A stretch of DNA of 64,000 nucleotides from Cystobasidiomycetes sp. EMM_F5 (GCA_051047955.1 JBPGPT010000001.1:496001-560000); one strand, 5' to 3'. Shown: positions 1 through 14,244, counted from the first letter of the stretch. Made by a program: numbers and translations. Notes: generated from the letters alone by a model not told the origin.

Positions 1-1725
1 CCCGTAAGCGAGAAACAAATTCGGCATAGGCTGTGCTGGAGTCAATAGACTAAAGATAGGTAGTGAGTTCAAAGGTTTGGAAGACAGCGAAGACCAGAGA
101 CGGACCATTCCTCGGATATCGCCATCGTAGTGTACTTTCAATCGGAAAGAGACCATCTCCAACGATCTTCCTGACGCAGCAGAGCGCTGACCCGACGAAG
201 ATACCGTTGCCTGCCTGCGCACAGACCCCTTTTCTCCGCCAACGCCAGTAGGAATGGCCAAGCGCGGCAGATCGGATCGGGACAATTTGGTGGCATGCGA
301 AGCTGAAGTCTGACTGGCTGCCCATTCTGCCACCCGGTCATCTGTCCTACTGGCGCTATTGGACACGGCACTATAGCTTCCTAGCAACTCTTCCAGCTCG
401 TCTCGCTCGGGTTTGGCGAATGCGAGGCTACCAGCGGCTGATGCAGGCTTCTGTGCTTGGGCTCTTGTACGCTGACTACCGATACCAGCTATACCTGCGA
501 GTCCCTTCTCGCTGAGTGGAGAGGATGCAGGAGTGGGAAGTCGAACATTCTGTGACACTGGCTGAGGAGCTGGGGTGCTTGTCTCGCCAGAGAATCCCCC
601 GTACGGCGATTCCCCGACAGTGTAAACTGAGTCGGTTTGCGCCAATGAGAAAACGTTACGATTGTCGTCCTTCCGTTGACGCTGCATAATGAGACCGATA
701 CCAGCGGCAGTACTTTCGCTGCTACTTCTTACTCGTTGCGGACTATTTTGGGATGGTACACTCGGAGGTCGCAGGGCAACGGTCGCATCCGAAGGTCGCC
801 GCGTAGACACCAAGCGTCGCGGGATCGAAGTATCAGTTGGGAGCATTTTCTGTTTGACCGGCGGGGACGGGCGACTCGTTGGTGTCGTTATCGTATCATT
901 CTGGTCACTCTTCACTGACGACGAACGTTTCTTGCTAGGTCCTAGACCACTAAAGCCAATAAATGCGTCCGCTGGATCAGTGGCCGCTACGAGTTTGGCT
1001 GTGCCCAGATAATTCTTGGCCTTTAGATTCTTGAGCTTGATGGCAGCTGGCCGAAACAACACGCCAACAGGAACAGAAAAGACTGTAAAGTTGCGGCCTT
1101 GCTCGTTGTACGCTTCATCAATCACACTATGTTCGTCTGTTTGCTTCTCGCGCCTGGCGGTGTCCAGCAGTTTCATACCAGCTTGCTGCTGTCCCTGTCG
1201 TATCATCGATAAACCTTGATTGAACAGGATTTCCGCAGAGTACAACCTGAACCGCAGACCAAGCTGCTCGTAGCTTATTCAGTAGATAAATGCATGAAAA
1301 GCGTCAAAAATCAATCGTAGCGTAGCGAGTGATACAAAGGCAAGCGTACAGCACTTTGTGTCAGTAGAGATTTTCGTGAAGTCACAATAACGTCATATTA
1401 CTCACTCAATAATCTGATTCTCACGCATGTGAAGGAAAGCATTTTCGAAATCTTGGTGAGCGCGGGGGAAATCCTGCAAGAGAAAGTACGATACGCCCGA
1501 CTGGAAGAAAGAGACTGCGAGGTACTGATCGAGGAGGTGTGCTTGGGCGTAGTACTGAACTGCCTGCTCGTGATGTGCAAGCGTAGCATGAATCAAGCCA
1601 ATATTGAACAAGACTTTTGAAGAATCTGCAATGTAGTCGAAATTCGAAAGAGCACTCGACATATCGCCGGCATCATAGGCGTCTAGTGCCGCTGCCCATC
1701 GTTCAAGTTCTGCCTGCAATGTCAT
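1..1725 (-). CDS. noxR: NADPH oxidase regulator NoxR (p67phox-like, TPR region plus start of a probable PB1 domain); runs off the window start
   Basis: Exon 1 MTLQAELERWAAALDAYD...SSKVLFNIGLIHATL...DQYLAVSFFQSGVS joins across intron 1274-1405 to IDYEQLGLRFRLYSAEILFNQGL...FTVFSVPVGVLFRP...KNYLGTAKLVA, a recognisable NoxR N-terminus. The frame stays open toward position 1. Confidence 0.9.
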
Positions 1726-2456
1726 AGAGATTGTTCAGAGAATGCCTTGGCCCGATATAGTCATACGTACTTTGAGTGACATGCTGGGATTGGGTTGAAT
1801 GCAGCGTGTATGGACTGCGATTCAATTGTGACCAATTCGGTGAGGATAGCGCTAATGTAAGAAGGTATCAGATAAGCTCAGACCAGCTGAGATGCATAGG
1901 CAAGGGCCCGAGATCCAGCTCGGTGGAGAAAGCAGAAGGGAATTGTATGGACAGGCGGATATGGGTAGGAAGCAGAGCGAAGGACGCTGACAGGCAATTA
2001 GTGCATCAGTTCAGTCGCTCGACGTCACCATAGCGACCTGATGCGCATCTATTTGACGCGCAGCTCGCTCCGATGCCATGACGACGGAGGACCCTTGGCG
2101 CGCAACAACAGGGCAAGACACCTGCGATGGCAATCAGGCATCCATAGCTGGCCAGTGTCGTTGTTGTAGAGACCTTTGTCAGTTTTCGTGACCACCGTGA
2201 CGAGGTTTCTTGGACATTGGACCACCATTATTCTCTTTCCACACCCACATTGCATGATGGGACCATTCGTACAATCACACATGCACGCGTTGTCGTCTGC
2301 CAACCAAATGAGCCATACATTGTCCAGTCTGCGCAAGGCAATCCCAGAGCCTCGTTGTCTGGGTTTTTGATCCGACTGCCTTTGCCCAATCACCGCAACA
2401 ACCTGGGCGAGCATCCGAGCTGACCACCTCAGCCCACTCAGCCCATATGCGACAGC

Positions 2457-5400
2457 ATGGAGGACCGCAAACGGCGCCTAGAGTCGCCAGTCCCGAGCAG
2501 TGGAAGCCTGCCGCAGAAACGACGGCTCAGCGGAATTGCAGACAGTACTGCAAGGCAGCAACAGCCGCAGAGCAGGACTGGAGATGGCGCAGCAGCTGGA
2601 GATGAGGCTGAGAATACAGACGAGGCTAGTCTGGACGCCGTTTTGGGCCTTGAGAACGGCTTTCTCGAGGTGAGAGCTTCTTTTGCAAGCCAGCGCGGTC
2701 ATATGGACTGCCTGTGCGATTTATGCTGCACACCGTGGCTGACGTGTACCGTACATGCAGTCATTCCGCAAAGGCGCGCTGCACAGACACCTGCTCGAAG
2801 CCCGTAGGGATTATGAACGGGCGCAACAAAGAGCAGACAAGCTCGAATCAGACTGGAAAGAAAGCCAACAACGTCTAGCGAGCGTAGAGGCCTGCTGGAA
2901 GCAGGTACGTTGAGCTGATAGCACGTAACGATGACGGACCCTGACCTGAGTTTCGCCTGGCAACCCGTCTGCAGATTATCGCAGAACTCGGGTCTGCTCT
3001 ACAAGGCCCAAACCAAAGCGAATGGAAGCCTCCGCCGGTGCAGAATGGGCAGACTAGTGTGTTGCTCTTCTGTTTCTAGTGATATACCCGCGCAAGTCGT
3101 GCTGATATTTCACACTCGCCAGCCGATTCACACAATCAACCTATATACGAGATGCAACAGCTCATAAAGGCATTCACGTCAAAACTGCTAGCGGGAGAGA
3201 TCAACAAGGATATCTTGAGGAGGTGCGAGATGCTGTCAGGCGAGGTAGGCAGGCTCGCATCTAGCTTGTGTTTGTGCTTGCAAGCTAACCAAATACTCCA
3301 TTATGGAATATCAAATTTGATGATGGGGCTACTGTCGCCTTCAATAGATAGTCGAATCAAGAGCATCGCATACGCTACTTGAAGCAGTCTTGGAGAGGAC
3401 AAAGGATGAATTGTCGGCTGCGACCGAAGCGCTGAGAATAGCTGAACGGAAAGCAGACAGGGAGCGGGACGGGGCAGTTAGCAAGTTGGATGCAAGAGTG
3501 CACGGAGTCGAATCGGGCAGGAGGGCAAAAGAAAAGGCAGCAAAGGAGATGCTAGACAAGGAACAAGCTGCATCTGCAGAGTTGTCGGTCAAGCAGGAGG
3601 GTCGGTCATCACCCGACTTACGGAAAAGCGAGGTGGAGGGAGTGGGGGATGTAAACATGACCGATGACAAGGATCTGCAAGAAGGCTCATCTGGCTTGAC
3701 AAGAGACGAAATCGCAAGGCTGCAATTTGAAGCGGCGCAAAGGGTCAAAGAGATTGACAGCCTTAAATCGTCTACGAATACTCTGCGCGATACAGTGCAA
3801 GAACTCGAACAAAAGGTGGGATCCATGTATGCAGCAGAGCTGTAGGATTTTTGATGGCTAAGTGCATTCCCTGGGTAGCTCGCCAATCCATCCAAGGATG
3901 TTGTGTCACGGAGTCAACTATATACGTCCTTAGCGACGGACAATCAAACGAAATCGGAGCTGCTCGACACGGCTCAGGAGCAATTGCGACAAGCTCAAAC
4001 CGAAGCAACATCGCTGCGAGAAGGACAAGAAGCATACAAAGCCCAGATTGAGAAGACAAGCAATGATACAGTGGAAGAGCTCAACAAGAAGCTCATTGCT
4101 GTTAACACAGACCTTGGCCGCATACGAGCAGAACGCGATGCGCGACTGGGAGAGTTGGCAGAGATGCAAGCAGCCCGCGATGCAAAGATGAGGCATTCAG
4201 ATCAGATGAAGGCGCTTGCGGAGTCACGTCAGGTAGGCTGATGGAGTACTGCTGCCCCCAATTGGAGCACAAAATTGACTATCCCATGAATAGCAACGCA
4301 TATCTGTCCTGGTATCGGAGATTCAACGACTCCGCATGAAGGCGGCAGCTGATGCTGGCGACCAAGCGACCTTGAATCTCATTGTCAAGTATGGCAAGAC
4401 GTCCTCAGAGCCAGTCGACAATCTCCCATCCGCCGATCATCCATTACCTGAAGAAGCGGTTCTTGGAGCTCTGCAGAAGGAACTGACAGAAGCACGGCAA
4501 TTCATAGATACCTTGCGCAAGAATCTAGCTACGGTCACCGAGGTTGCCGAAGGCTCGGAAGATTTAGAAATGGCTGAAGCGATCATGAGAAGGGAAGCCC
4601 AAGCTGTTTCGGACCTAGAGGATGCGAACGCCAAGCTAGCGAAGCTGGAGAGCCTGCTTACTTCAGACGGCGCCTCGCTGGACACTGCCAAAATGGTAAA
4701 GAAGCTGGAAGAGGCTGATGAGACAATCAAGAAACTGGAAGCGAATGCTGTAGCATCGAACATGGTTCGTTCTCATCATTGATTATTGCCGGTTATGCTC
4801 AACACTGACATTCATCGCGGTCATCTCAGACAACGGAAATGTTGGTTGCGGAAGTGTCAAAGTTGAGCGAAGTCTGGGATACCCTGAACAAGCAGAATCG
4901 CGATAAGATTCTCGAGCTTGCTCAGTACGAGCGAAGGATCGAGCAAATCAGTATGGAGAAACAAAAAGCGATTCAGAAGTATTTCGCGTGCGAGAGGGAG
5001 AAGGAGGCTATTGCCAACGAGAGGGAGGCGCACATGCGTGTTGCGGCGAGTGCAAAAGCTGCAATCGAATTGATGCGCGAGGAGGAAAGATCGTTGAATG
5101 CCAAAATCACTGCAGCGGAATTGGAAATTACAAAGCGACAGACATTCTTGGACGAAGCATACAAGGAGCAAAAGAAAGTCGCCAATAGTCTCACGACAGC
5201 CGAAAGCGACGTCGCCAGATACAAACGCGAACGGGATCAAGAGGCTAGCAGCCATCTTGAGCGGAAAAAGGAGCTTCAGGACGAGACTGCTGCGAGGAAA
5301 AAAGCAGACGAAGACTGCGCCAAGCTGGCTTTCGAACTCGAGCAGACGAAAAAGAGGCTGGAAGCTACCTCGAGCGGTACGGCAAGCAAGAGTCGATACG

Positions 5401-5694
5401 CTAACCTCGATGCCCGCGAGTTGCAGCAAGAGTGCGATAATCTATATGTGCGTATGATCTGCATTCTGGTTGTCTCACGGAAGCTAATCGTCAAATCTTG
5501 CGTGCGCACGTCAGACCCTCCTTCGCTGTTCTTCTTGCAAATTACGCTTCAAGAGTCATATCCTACTCCGCTGCTCACACCTATTGTGCAAGGAATGCAT
5601 CGATGCACGGCTCGATACCAGGCAACGGAAATGCCCAACATGCCAAATGCCCTTCGGCGCTGCAGATGTTCAGCAAGTCTACATGTCTGCATGA
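2457..5694 (+). CDS. BRE1: E3 ubiquitin ligase BRE1 (histone H2B ubiquitination), multi-exon
   Basis: Starts MEDRKRR, followed by long coiled-coil exons. The last exon (from about 5515) encodes a C3HC4 RING: LLRCSSCKLRFKSHILLRCSHLLCKECIDARLDTRQRKCPTCQMPFGAADVQQVYMSA-stop. Confidence 0.9.
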
Positions 5695-6001
5695 AGTCCT
5701 GCTTTTGGTTTGTCGGATCAAAAGAAAAGGCCCTGTCTTGGCAGGGCAACGTACATAGCATGTCATTATAGTGTTGTTACTATTATGAAATGTCATTTCA
5801 GAGACGCAGCCATGACAAACATCGGTATCACACATGCGGGCCCCTCCTCCCCAGGCTGACGTATGCTATGTGGGAATCGTCTTCAAAATAATCGGAATTT
5901 AAGCACTTGGTGTCCCTGGCTACAGCATTTACAATGACTCCCACGACGAATGTGTGTGCTACAGTATAAGTCTAACCATGAAAGCAGTCCCACCCCAGCA
6001 T

Positions 6002-7443
6002 TCATAATTTAGGCGCTCCTTCTGGCGATGTGCCGCCCGAAGGTGCAAAAGGCCAGCCAAAGAATCGACGGCCAGACTGCGTGAACACGGGTGGCGGACC
6101 GTAAAATGGTTGTTGCGAAGCCAAGCCCAGCGGTACTGGCGGGATGGCGTAGAATGGAGGTGGCATGCCAGACAGACTGAGACCCAGAGGTGATCGTTGC
6201 TCTTTCAGGGACTCGCTTGACCCAGTCTCCGCGCCTAGACCGATGTCGGAAGTCGGAGGTTTGCGCGTCCATAAGCGCGAGGCCGCCTCGTAATACTGCG
6301 CTTGCTGGAGAGCCATAAGCTCGCCTCTGACATCGTGCATACCCATCTGCAGGTGGTTGAAATCACCGCGCAAGTCATGCAAAGCTTGCTCCTTTGCGCA
6401 ATTTGCCTGCGACGTTGATGCAGTCAACCGTGCCATCTGACTGTTGAGGCTTGCCAATTGCTCAGAGAGAGGTGTCGGAGCTACATTGTCAGCTTGCGTC
6501 CCTTCGCCGAGTCGAGTGCAGAGACTGTTGAGCCTCATCGACATGGCGTCAAGGGAGCCGCGCAAATCGTGTACCTCTCGCCGTAGTTGGGAATTTTCGT
6601 CGTCTAGATATTTATATCTAGCTTCGGAGACGAGAAGAGGGATTTTGACAGGTTCGTAGGCGCAGCTCTTGTCGAGGTGCACTCTGCGCAGGTCTTGTCT
6701 CTTCCCAGACCATGTACATCCGAATCGGGCGTGTTCGCACGGTATCGTCGCTTGTAGACAGTCTTCTGAAATGTGCTCCGCCAACGCTGTGCGTCCAAGA
6801 CCTGCACGATCACAGTGCGGACAACTAGCGACTCGAGATGAACAGTCTTCATTGTGCGCCTGCTTAGGATATATCATTCTCAGTCTTCAGCTTGACGTGC
6901 ATCAACAAAACGCACCGTCAACATGGCCACTTCTACCTTCTCACTGCACATGTCGCACTGTACGATGCGTCGAGGGCAATGCCCCTTCTCGTGTACTGCC
7001 ACAGCAGCCTCGTCTGCAAGAGCTGCTAAATCGCACCCAAACTTGCAAGACGGAGACTGTTTCCCACACGCTTCTCGGCTATGTTTCGCAAAGTGCTGCC
7101 GCTGTCCAGACCAATGTCCGCATGTTGTACAGTGTACTTCGAGCTCGTCGCACAGCAGCTTGACGAGCCTAGGTGCTGCGACCAGCTGACCGGATTCCAG
7201 ACTGATAGGAGACCGGTCGCATGGGCACGTTGGCTGCACTGGGCCCTCGCTGTTGGAGAGATGCTGCAGTATGCATGAGCGGCAGTAGAAGTGCTGGCAT
7301 GCAACGCTCATCCATGGTTCGGTGAAGGGCGAGTGGCATATAGGGCAGAGCAGGTTGGCAATGGCTTCCGTAGGCTGTACGTAGTCATAGCTGCCCAACG
7401 GCGCGTCCTTCTGTTCGTCAGAGCCATCTCTAATGGCTGCCAT
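6002..7443 (-). CDS. TRAF-like RING finger protein (RING, TRAF-type zinc fingers, coiled coil), two exons
   Basis: LLCPICHSPF...CQHFYCRSCI...CPCDR RING, then LCDELEVHC, CKFGC...HEKGHCPRRIVQC and CEHARFGCTWSG...HLDKSCAY zinc fingers. Intron near 6860-6915. Confidence 0.8.
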
Positions 7444-8214
7444 GGTCTACATGGATGAGTTGCTCTCAAGGCAAGGAGGGCCGTCAAGCCGTCAGACAAT
7501 GAAATGCATTGCGTTCTGAAGAATGGAGCACAGCGTGTTCGTCTTCTCACTGCTGGGTTACAGCTGAGTCTGTCGTTCCGAGCTGCTCAGGCTGCTGCTT
7601 CGATATCGTCGAAGCTGACGACAAGTCGTGCCGTCGGCCTCAGCTTATGACGCGCCATACACTCTACTCACACAGCTTGAATAATAATGGACTTATGCCT
7701 GCTGACTACTGCGGCTTCATCTAGCTAATTCCGCGCTGCCAATTAGCTGCTGAACGCGTCAAATGGCCGTGCCTCGACTTGCGCGCTTTCCAGTTTCAAA
7801 GCACATTCCTCAAAACAAGCGATCCAGGAGAATGGTAAACAAGGCATTTTTGTGCTCGGTATCGGAACGTGTACAGAGGAGACGCTGGCCTTGCGATGAG
7901 CCCAACGTCCTGAGCGAAAAAGATACAACTCCTGCGCTGACCCTTCTGCGCTCCTAAACCTCGACTAGGGCAAAGTAAACATCGGAGTCGGGTGACGCTC
8001 TGCTCGCAGGGTGATTTCCTCCGCCCTACCTGGTTCGGCCGTTCTCACAACCTCAGTGCTGCAAGTCTCTGGACAGCAGGCAGTGGACACCTTCACCGAG
8101 GGCCGCTGCCCGTTTGGGTGCACTTGCTGCTCAACCTAAGTTACTCTTCTCTTTCAAATCGCTCTTCTGGCCGACTGTACATTTTCCAACATTTCGTGTT
8201 TCCTGTAAATAGGC

Positions 8215-11200
8215 ATGGCTCGACCGACCTCGACTATCGTTACACCCTCCGCGCAGCGTGAAGACAGTCACGCCTCGTCTTCTGTTGACCAGCGTCAATC
8301 GTCCCCGCCGAGACAACGACGACCAGTCTCTCAGCAACCTACCGTCGTCGCAGCTCCAACCTCCAGGCAGCAAGCCCGTCCAACGGCTCCCGTCCCACAG
8401 CGTCGCAATGACAAGGAACGATCAGCAGCAGACCGTCAGCGCGACAGTACTGATCCCAAGACTATCGGTCCATGGAGGATTGGCAAAACAATCGGCAAAG
8501 GCTCGTCGGGTCGCGTAAAGATTGCCAAGCACTCTGAGACTGGCAAGTATGCTGCCATCAAGATAGTTCCACGCAATGCTCTCATCACCAGCCGAATGTC
8601 CATCAACGAGGCGGGCGCGAAGGTATGCAAGCTAATGTTTTGATCACGTGATTTTGCTAACATTGAGCAACGCGTAGGCTGACAAGGCGCTTCTCGGCAT
8701 TGAGCGCGAGATTGTAATTATGAAGCTCATTGAGCATCCAAACGTCATGCGCTTGTACGACGTATGGGAGACCGCGTCAGATCTGTACGTCTCATTAGGA
8801 CGCACGCCACTGGCTGTCACAACTGACAGAGGCGCCGTTCTAGATATCTCATTCTAGAATTCGTCGAAGGTGGTGAACTCTTTGACTACCTTGTCAGTAA
8901 AGGACGTTTGCACACCGACGAAGCACTGCACTATTTCCAGCAAATGTCAGTATCAACACGCGTCTCGCTAGTGTTGCCTCAAGCTGATCAACGTTACCAT
9001 TCCATTACATTAGCATCTCTGGTGTCGACTACTGCCACCGCTTCAACATCTGCCATCGTGATTTAAAGCCAGAAAATCTGCTGCTCGACAAGGAGCGCAA
9101 CATCAAGATTGCGGATTTCGGAATGGCTGCCATGGAGCGAAGCGACAAGCTTCTTGAGACGAGTTGTGGCAGTCCGCACTATGCATCGCCCGAGATTGTG
9201 GCCGGCTTGAATTATCACGGCTCTTCCTCAGATATCTGGTCCTGCGGCATTATTCTGTTTGCCTTGTTGACTGGGCGACTTCCGTTTGATGATGACAATA
9301 TCCGTCAACTTCTTGCCAAGGTCAAGGTTGGAAAATTCACTATGCCCTCCGAATTGCCTGCCCCCGCAAAAGATCTCATCAGTCGTATGTTGGAGGTCGA
9401 TCCCTCTCGTCGCATCACTGTAAGTGGTCATTTGGTCATACCGCGTAACGCTTCGAGGCTCACCCTACAATTATCTAGATGGAAGGCATTCGCAAGCATC
9501 CGTGGTTTACTCAACGAAGGCCAAGAGAATTGCCTTTTTATGCTGAACCGCCTACTCCAGCGCAAATCGATCGCCCTGTAGCCGCTGTGGACGAAATTGA
9601 CCCAGACATTCTGCGAAATCTTCAAATCATGTGGAACGGCTCGAGCGAAGACGATATCATCGATGCGCTTGTATCCCATGAGAAGACGTGGGAGAAGGTA
9701 TTTTACTTTTTATTGATGAAGTACCGGACAAGACACCAAGAGGAGGGATCTCGCAAGACCTCGTCCGACCGTTCGGCTCGTAAGAAGGTCCAAGCACAAA
9801 TCCAGTCGGCTACGCAAGGCGTCACCCGCAGTCAACGTTCAACGCAGTCTCTCTCAGACATTGCAAGCGGGGCTGTAGAAGTCGTGCCTGCAAGAACCTC
9901 GTCTAGAACATCCAGACCGGTATCCGCAGTCATACAGGCGCCAACGCAGAGAGCGGAGGCTACAGTGCCAACATCGCCTCGGTCACGACCTCCACTTCCT
10001 CAAACACCCGCTCTGAAGGAAGAACCTGTTGCGCCTACTCTGTTCGCGCCTACACCAGACAGACAGAACAATGCCGGCCGGACTGTGCTGCCGACGATTC
10101 AGCTGCAAGAGCCTACACCTCAATCTACAGAACGCATTCAGGATCTCCAGGCTGCTTTGCCTACTAGTGCACCACCGTCGCCGACGCCATCAAACAATGT
10201 TCCGCAGTTCTCGCCCATCATACCCAATATTGCCATACCGCAGGTGGACTCACCGGCAATGCAGCAATTCTTCCATGATGTCGTGGACCAGCTGCAAGCC
10301 ATGGCATTGAGATCGGCTTCGCCGAGTCCCGACGTGTCGCCAGTCATCGGCAGTTTCCCAACTACCGGAACACCAACATCAGAACATCGCATTTCTTTCA
10401 CTCCAGTCATTCGAGCACGAGAGCAATTCAAGAACAATGATGCGTCACAATTCGCTGATGCGGATGACGATGGCACCCAGGCTGTAGATGTTCCAATTGC
10501 GCAACAGCTGCAGCAGATGGTCACGGTGCCGAAATCACCACAGAGCCCTCCTCTGGCATCAGCGACACAACCTCTTGCAATCCGCAAACCGGTTCCAACC
10601 ATGGACGCGCCTGCTTCTCCGCTGCAAGCTCGGCGCTCAGTACGACAAGCACCGTCCCCACAGCGCCCACCAATGACGCGGCCGACGAGCGCTTTTGTCG
10701 CTGCATCTGGACAGCGAGTTGTGGTACCACGAAGAGGTGTCAGCACAATAGGACCCTCTGGCGGCTCGCCAATCATGCCGGGGAGCTATTTCATTACAGG
10801 CGATGACAAGGAGAATTACGCTTCTCCTCCGCCTCGTAAATCGGCAATGGCAGGTACATCAGACACCAACGAGAAGAAGCGAGTCACGCTGGGATTAGCG
10901 ATAGCTGGCGTTGCGCCTCAAGAGCCTTCGCCAACTTTCGAACACGCCTATTTCTCCCCTCCGCCGACTAATAGCAAGCTCAAGCGTAAATCAACGCAAA
11001 AGTCGCCTGTTTCGCCATTCCTGTCGCCCAATCCGTCTCTCGAGGCAGCTTCAACGCCCAAAGGTAGTTGGTTCTCCAATCTCTTCAACTGGAAGTCTAC
11101 AGTCGTCAGTATTGACTTGCTTCGCTACTGAGCACGAGGACTAATGCATGCTTACCGTGCCAGAACTACGTTCTGCTCTCGGTCGAAGACATCAATTCTA

Positions 11201-11726
11201 CGCGTGCGCATTGTGGGCGGGTGCTTGAGAACCTCGGTGCCAGTGTGTACATTGAGAATGCCGATGGTGCTGGAGTATTGAAGTGTCGCATAGAAGAGCT
11301 GCGCGGTAAGCTCAGCGGTACAGCTGCAACCGCCCAGCAAGACTGACTATTCGCCTGTCTCCAGAAATGAACGGTGCTATAAACGCTGTCAGAGCCTGCA
11401 AATTCCGCATCGAGTTTACGCTTCAAGCCACGGCATCACCGACTTTGAACTCTGGCGATTACCGCGGTCAGTTTGCAACGTGTTTGACAATGATTATGGA
11501 GAAAGGCTCGCAAACGACCTTCAAGTCGACCTATACGCGTCTCCGGTCCGAATGGCAGCTAGATACCCCCAAAGCGTCAGCGTCTCCTCGCTTTAGGCAG
11601 AGAAGCAACGATAGTCAAAACAGTGCTTCTTCCGCCCATTCCCCCGCTGCGCATGGACTTGGCCTGGACGGATTCCGCCTCATGCCTACGCCTTCCCCAG
11701 GTCATGAGAACAGGGCTTATTTCTAG
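8215..11726 (+). CDS. Nim1/Gin4/Hsl1-family Ser/Thr protein kinase
   Basis: [75 protein letters not shown], and a C-terminal SWFSNLF...[10 protein letters not shown]...MEKGS region typical of Gin4-like kinases. Confidence 0.88.
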
Positions 11727-12302
11727 AAAGGACAATACTTATACTTTCGATCTTTCATCAATACGATAGGCACGCTTTGTTAGCTATTCGCCGTATAGTT
11801 GACCGTCTAGGTCACTAATGTTTGTACGCCATTATTCTTATCGTTGTAAGCACATCTAGCATCTTGTTACAATACGACCACTCGCGATATCAGTCAAGTA
11901 GAGCATGCACGCTGCACCGTTGAGACTGCAATATGCGGTAATGGATTGGTAAAGAGAACTCTGCTCCAAAGCATAACATGGCATTGCAGGAATTGCGCAT
12001 AGCAACGATTTTGTTTGCGCATGGCATGGTGTAATGAATGTGTGACTGAGCTACAGCTTGATAATGTTTATTCCGGAAAACGACACAGTCGCGTAGGAGA
12101 AAGATTCCGTAAAGGCGTGTACTTCGTTGTCGTAGTCATGAGTCGTCATCACAGACAATGCGCCTGGCTCTGCTTTGTGAAAAAGGCAGGTGTTTTCGCT
12201 GCGTCAAGCATGCAAGTGAAACGAGAATACGAAATGGCTTCGAGAAAGACCGTGGTGGCGCCGTGGCTCGTGCAGATGTCGGACGTATTGAGGCTGTCAC
12301 CA

Positions 12303-13612
12303 TCAACTCTGCATGACCCGCAGGAAACTGGCAGCATCCGAGGCACTTCCAGTCAAGCGAAAGTCGCCACCCTAATGATACAGGTTAACACCTTAGCTTG
12401 ATGACGTTGAAACTTACGAGAGTCACAAGCAGCTCACCTTGTGATAATTAAACCAGTGCACAGCCTGAAGTTTGGGCAAGCTTGCGCAGGTAGAAGCCGA
12501 AGTTACCATGTCTGCCCATTTGAGCTTTGTGGACTGATCAGCAATTGCGCCAGTCTCGCCAATATGAAAGGGAATATTGTTGGCCTTGGAATATGTATCG
12601 TGGATATTCTGAACGTGCGAGGCAAGCGAGTCGTAATTGCCGTTCGGATAATAATCGACCCCTACCACATCAACGACGTCTGCACCCGGCCAGTACTTGG
12701 CGTAGTCTGACGTGCTACCGATCTGTGCCAGATTTCAAAAGTCAACCGTTGCTGTACGAAATTGTAGGTCGATGATATCTTACGTTGGGCGACCAGAACA
12801 TCTTCGTAGCCGGTACAGCAGCACGGACTGCCTTGGTCACTACTTTCCAAGCAGCAATGTAGTCTGAAGGAGAACCAAGGTAGTACGCAGAACCAGAACC
12901 AGCATCGTCGCTGTTTGGCGAAAAGTACCAATTCATCTCGTGGCCCCACCGCAGGTAGACTGCGATTCCGGCATCATCGAACTTCTTGACGACTGCCGCT
13001 ATTTGAAGAGCTTGAGTATTGTCCGAGCTCGTCATTCCTCCGAAGCCGTAGACTGGCATGATGGACAAGACTGCAACAGCGCCAGTGCCTTTCAGGTACT
13101 CGATGTAGGGAAGAACATCGTGGCCGGTAAAGTATGTGCTTGGATCGCCTTTCTGGTACTTATCTCCTTGAACGTGGTCATAGCTAGTTCAAATTGATTG
13201 CAGGATGTGAGCGCATACAATACAGCAGCGACATATAGACTCACGCTCCGTAAAATTTGGTCGGTACGCCAACAAGCTTATCGAGCATCGCAGGTGTCTC
13301 TAAAACGCCAGTCGAACCATGCTCCTTGATGCCATCGTCCGGGATCCAGCCCCATGTAACGCAGTTTCGCTTCAACCAAGTCGTGGACGAAGCGATCGTT
13401 GTGGCGTTGTTCGACGTTATCGCATTTGACGACGATGAGGGCGCGGTGTACGATGCTTTGACCGCCTTACACCGTTTCTTCAAGTGGCCGTGCCCACTAC
13501 GGCGAGGGTATGTGCGCAACCGGTCGCCAGCGATACCGGAGTCAGATGTCGAAGCAGACACTGCGACCGCAACGGCAACCAGGCCGAACGCGACGAGCGA
13601 GATTGACAGCAT
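12303..13612 (-). CDS. Secreted glycoside hydrolase family 26 (beta-mannanase-like), multi-exon
   Basis: Signal peptide MLSISLVAFGLVAVAVAVSA; VYLRWGHEMNWY (acid/base), MFWSPN, VGVDYYP, PFHIGETG (nucleophile), WFNYHK. The 3' exon reconstructs as GGDFRLTG...VMQS-stop. Confidence 0.82.
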
Positions 13613-14244
13613 AACGGGAGGAAAGCACAAATTTGGAAGAGGTAAGGATATCAAATCCGGGAAGAATGCGAGTAGGTAATGTCAGGAGGCGGCGAGGAAG
13701 CCTTCGAATCTGAAAAGAACGTGTGAAGAAGCGTGAAAAACCAGAAGCCGATATGGTCGTGAGAGGTCGTCAGAACGGGTCAAAGTCGTGATGAAGAGCA
13801 AAGCTTGAGCAAGGGTAGCCAACTTCCCATGTATGTGAGCACGACACTTTACGCGACTTAACTCGCGGCATGCCGGCGGATTCAGGGCAAGGCACGCAAA
13901 ATTCGAAACTATACGCGTGTCTGGGTAAGCAGATTTTGAGAAGTGGAGACACGAATGCAATAGAGGCTTCAGCTTCTATATCTAGATATGACACATAAAG
14001 GGTGCAGACAGGGTGGCAGACGTACGTTTGCCCGGAATTGCGCCGCAGAGTTGTACGGCCAAACGCCAGACCATGAAAGGGCTGACTCATTCCATACTGA
14101 GTACGAGGGATATTTCCCATTACTACTGTAATCCTTACTCTCGTCCTTCGGTCGTAGAGTTCTGAGCTGCCTTGTGTCGAGGCGTCTGTACGAGATCGCA
14201 TACGAATCCCTGCATAGACTCGAAACATCAGTCAGTCTGCAAGA

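Noticed and set aside
1274..1405. Long NoxR intron (132 nt) with an internal branch-like CTGAC, AAG and a GTACGC donor, suggesting a stwintron or 4-nt microexon
   Set aside because: The microexon would frameshift the conserved IDYEQLG motif, and removing the inner intron does not recreate a good donor.
10138..10776. 212-aa antisense ORF within the Gin4-like kinase
   Set aside because: Antisense shadow of low-complexity coding sequence.
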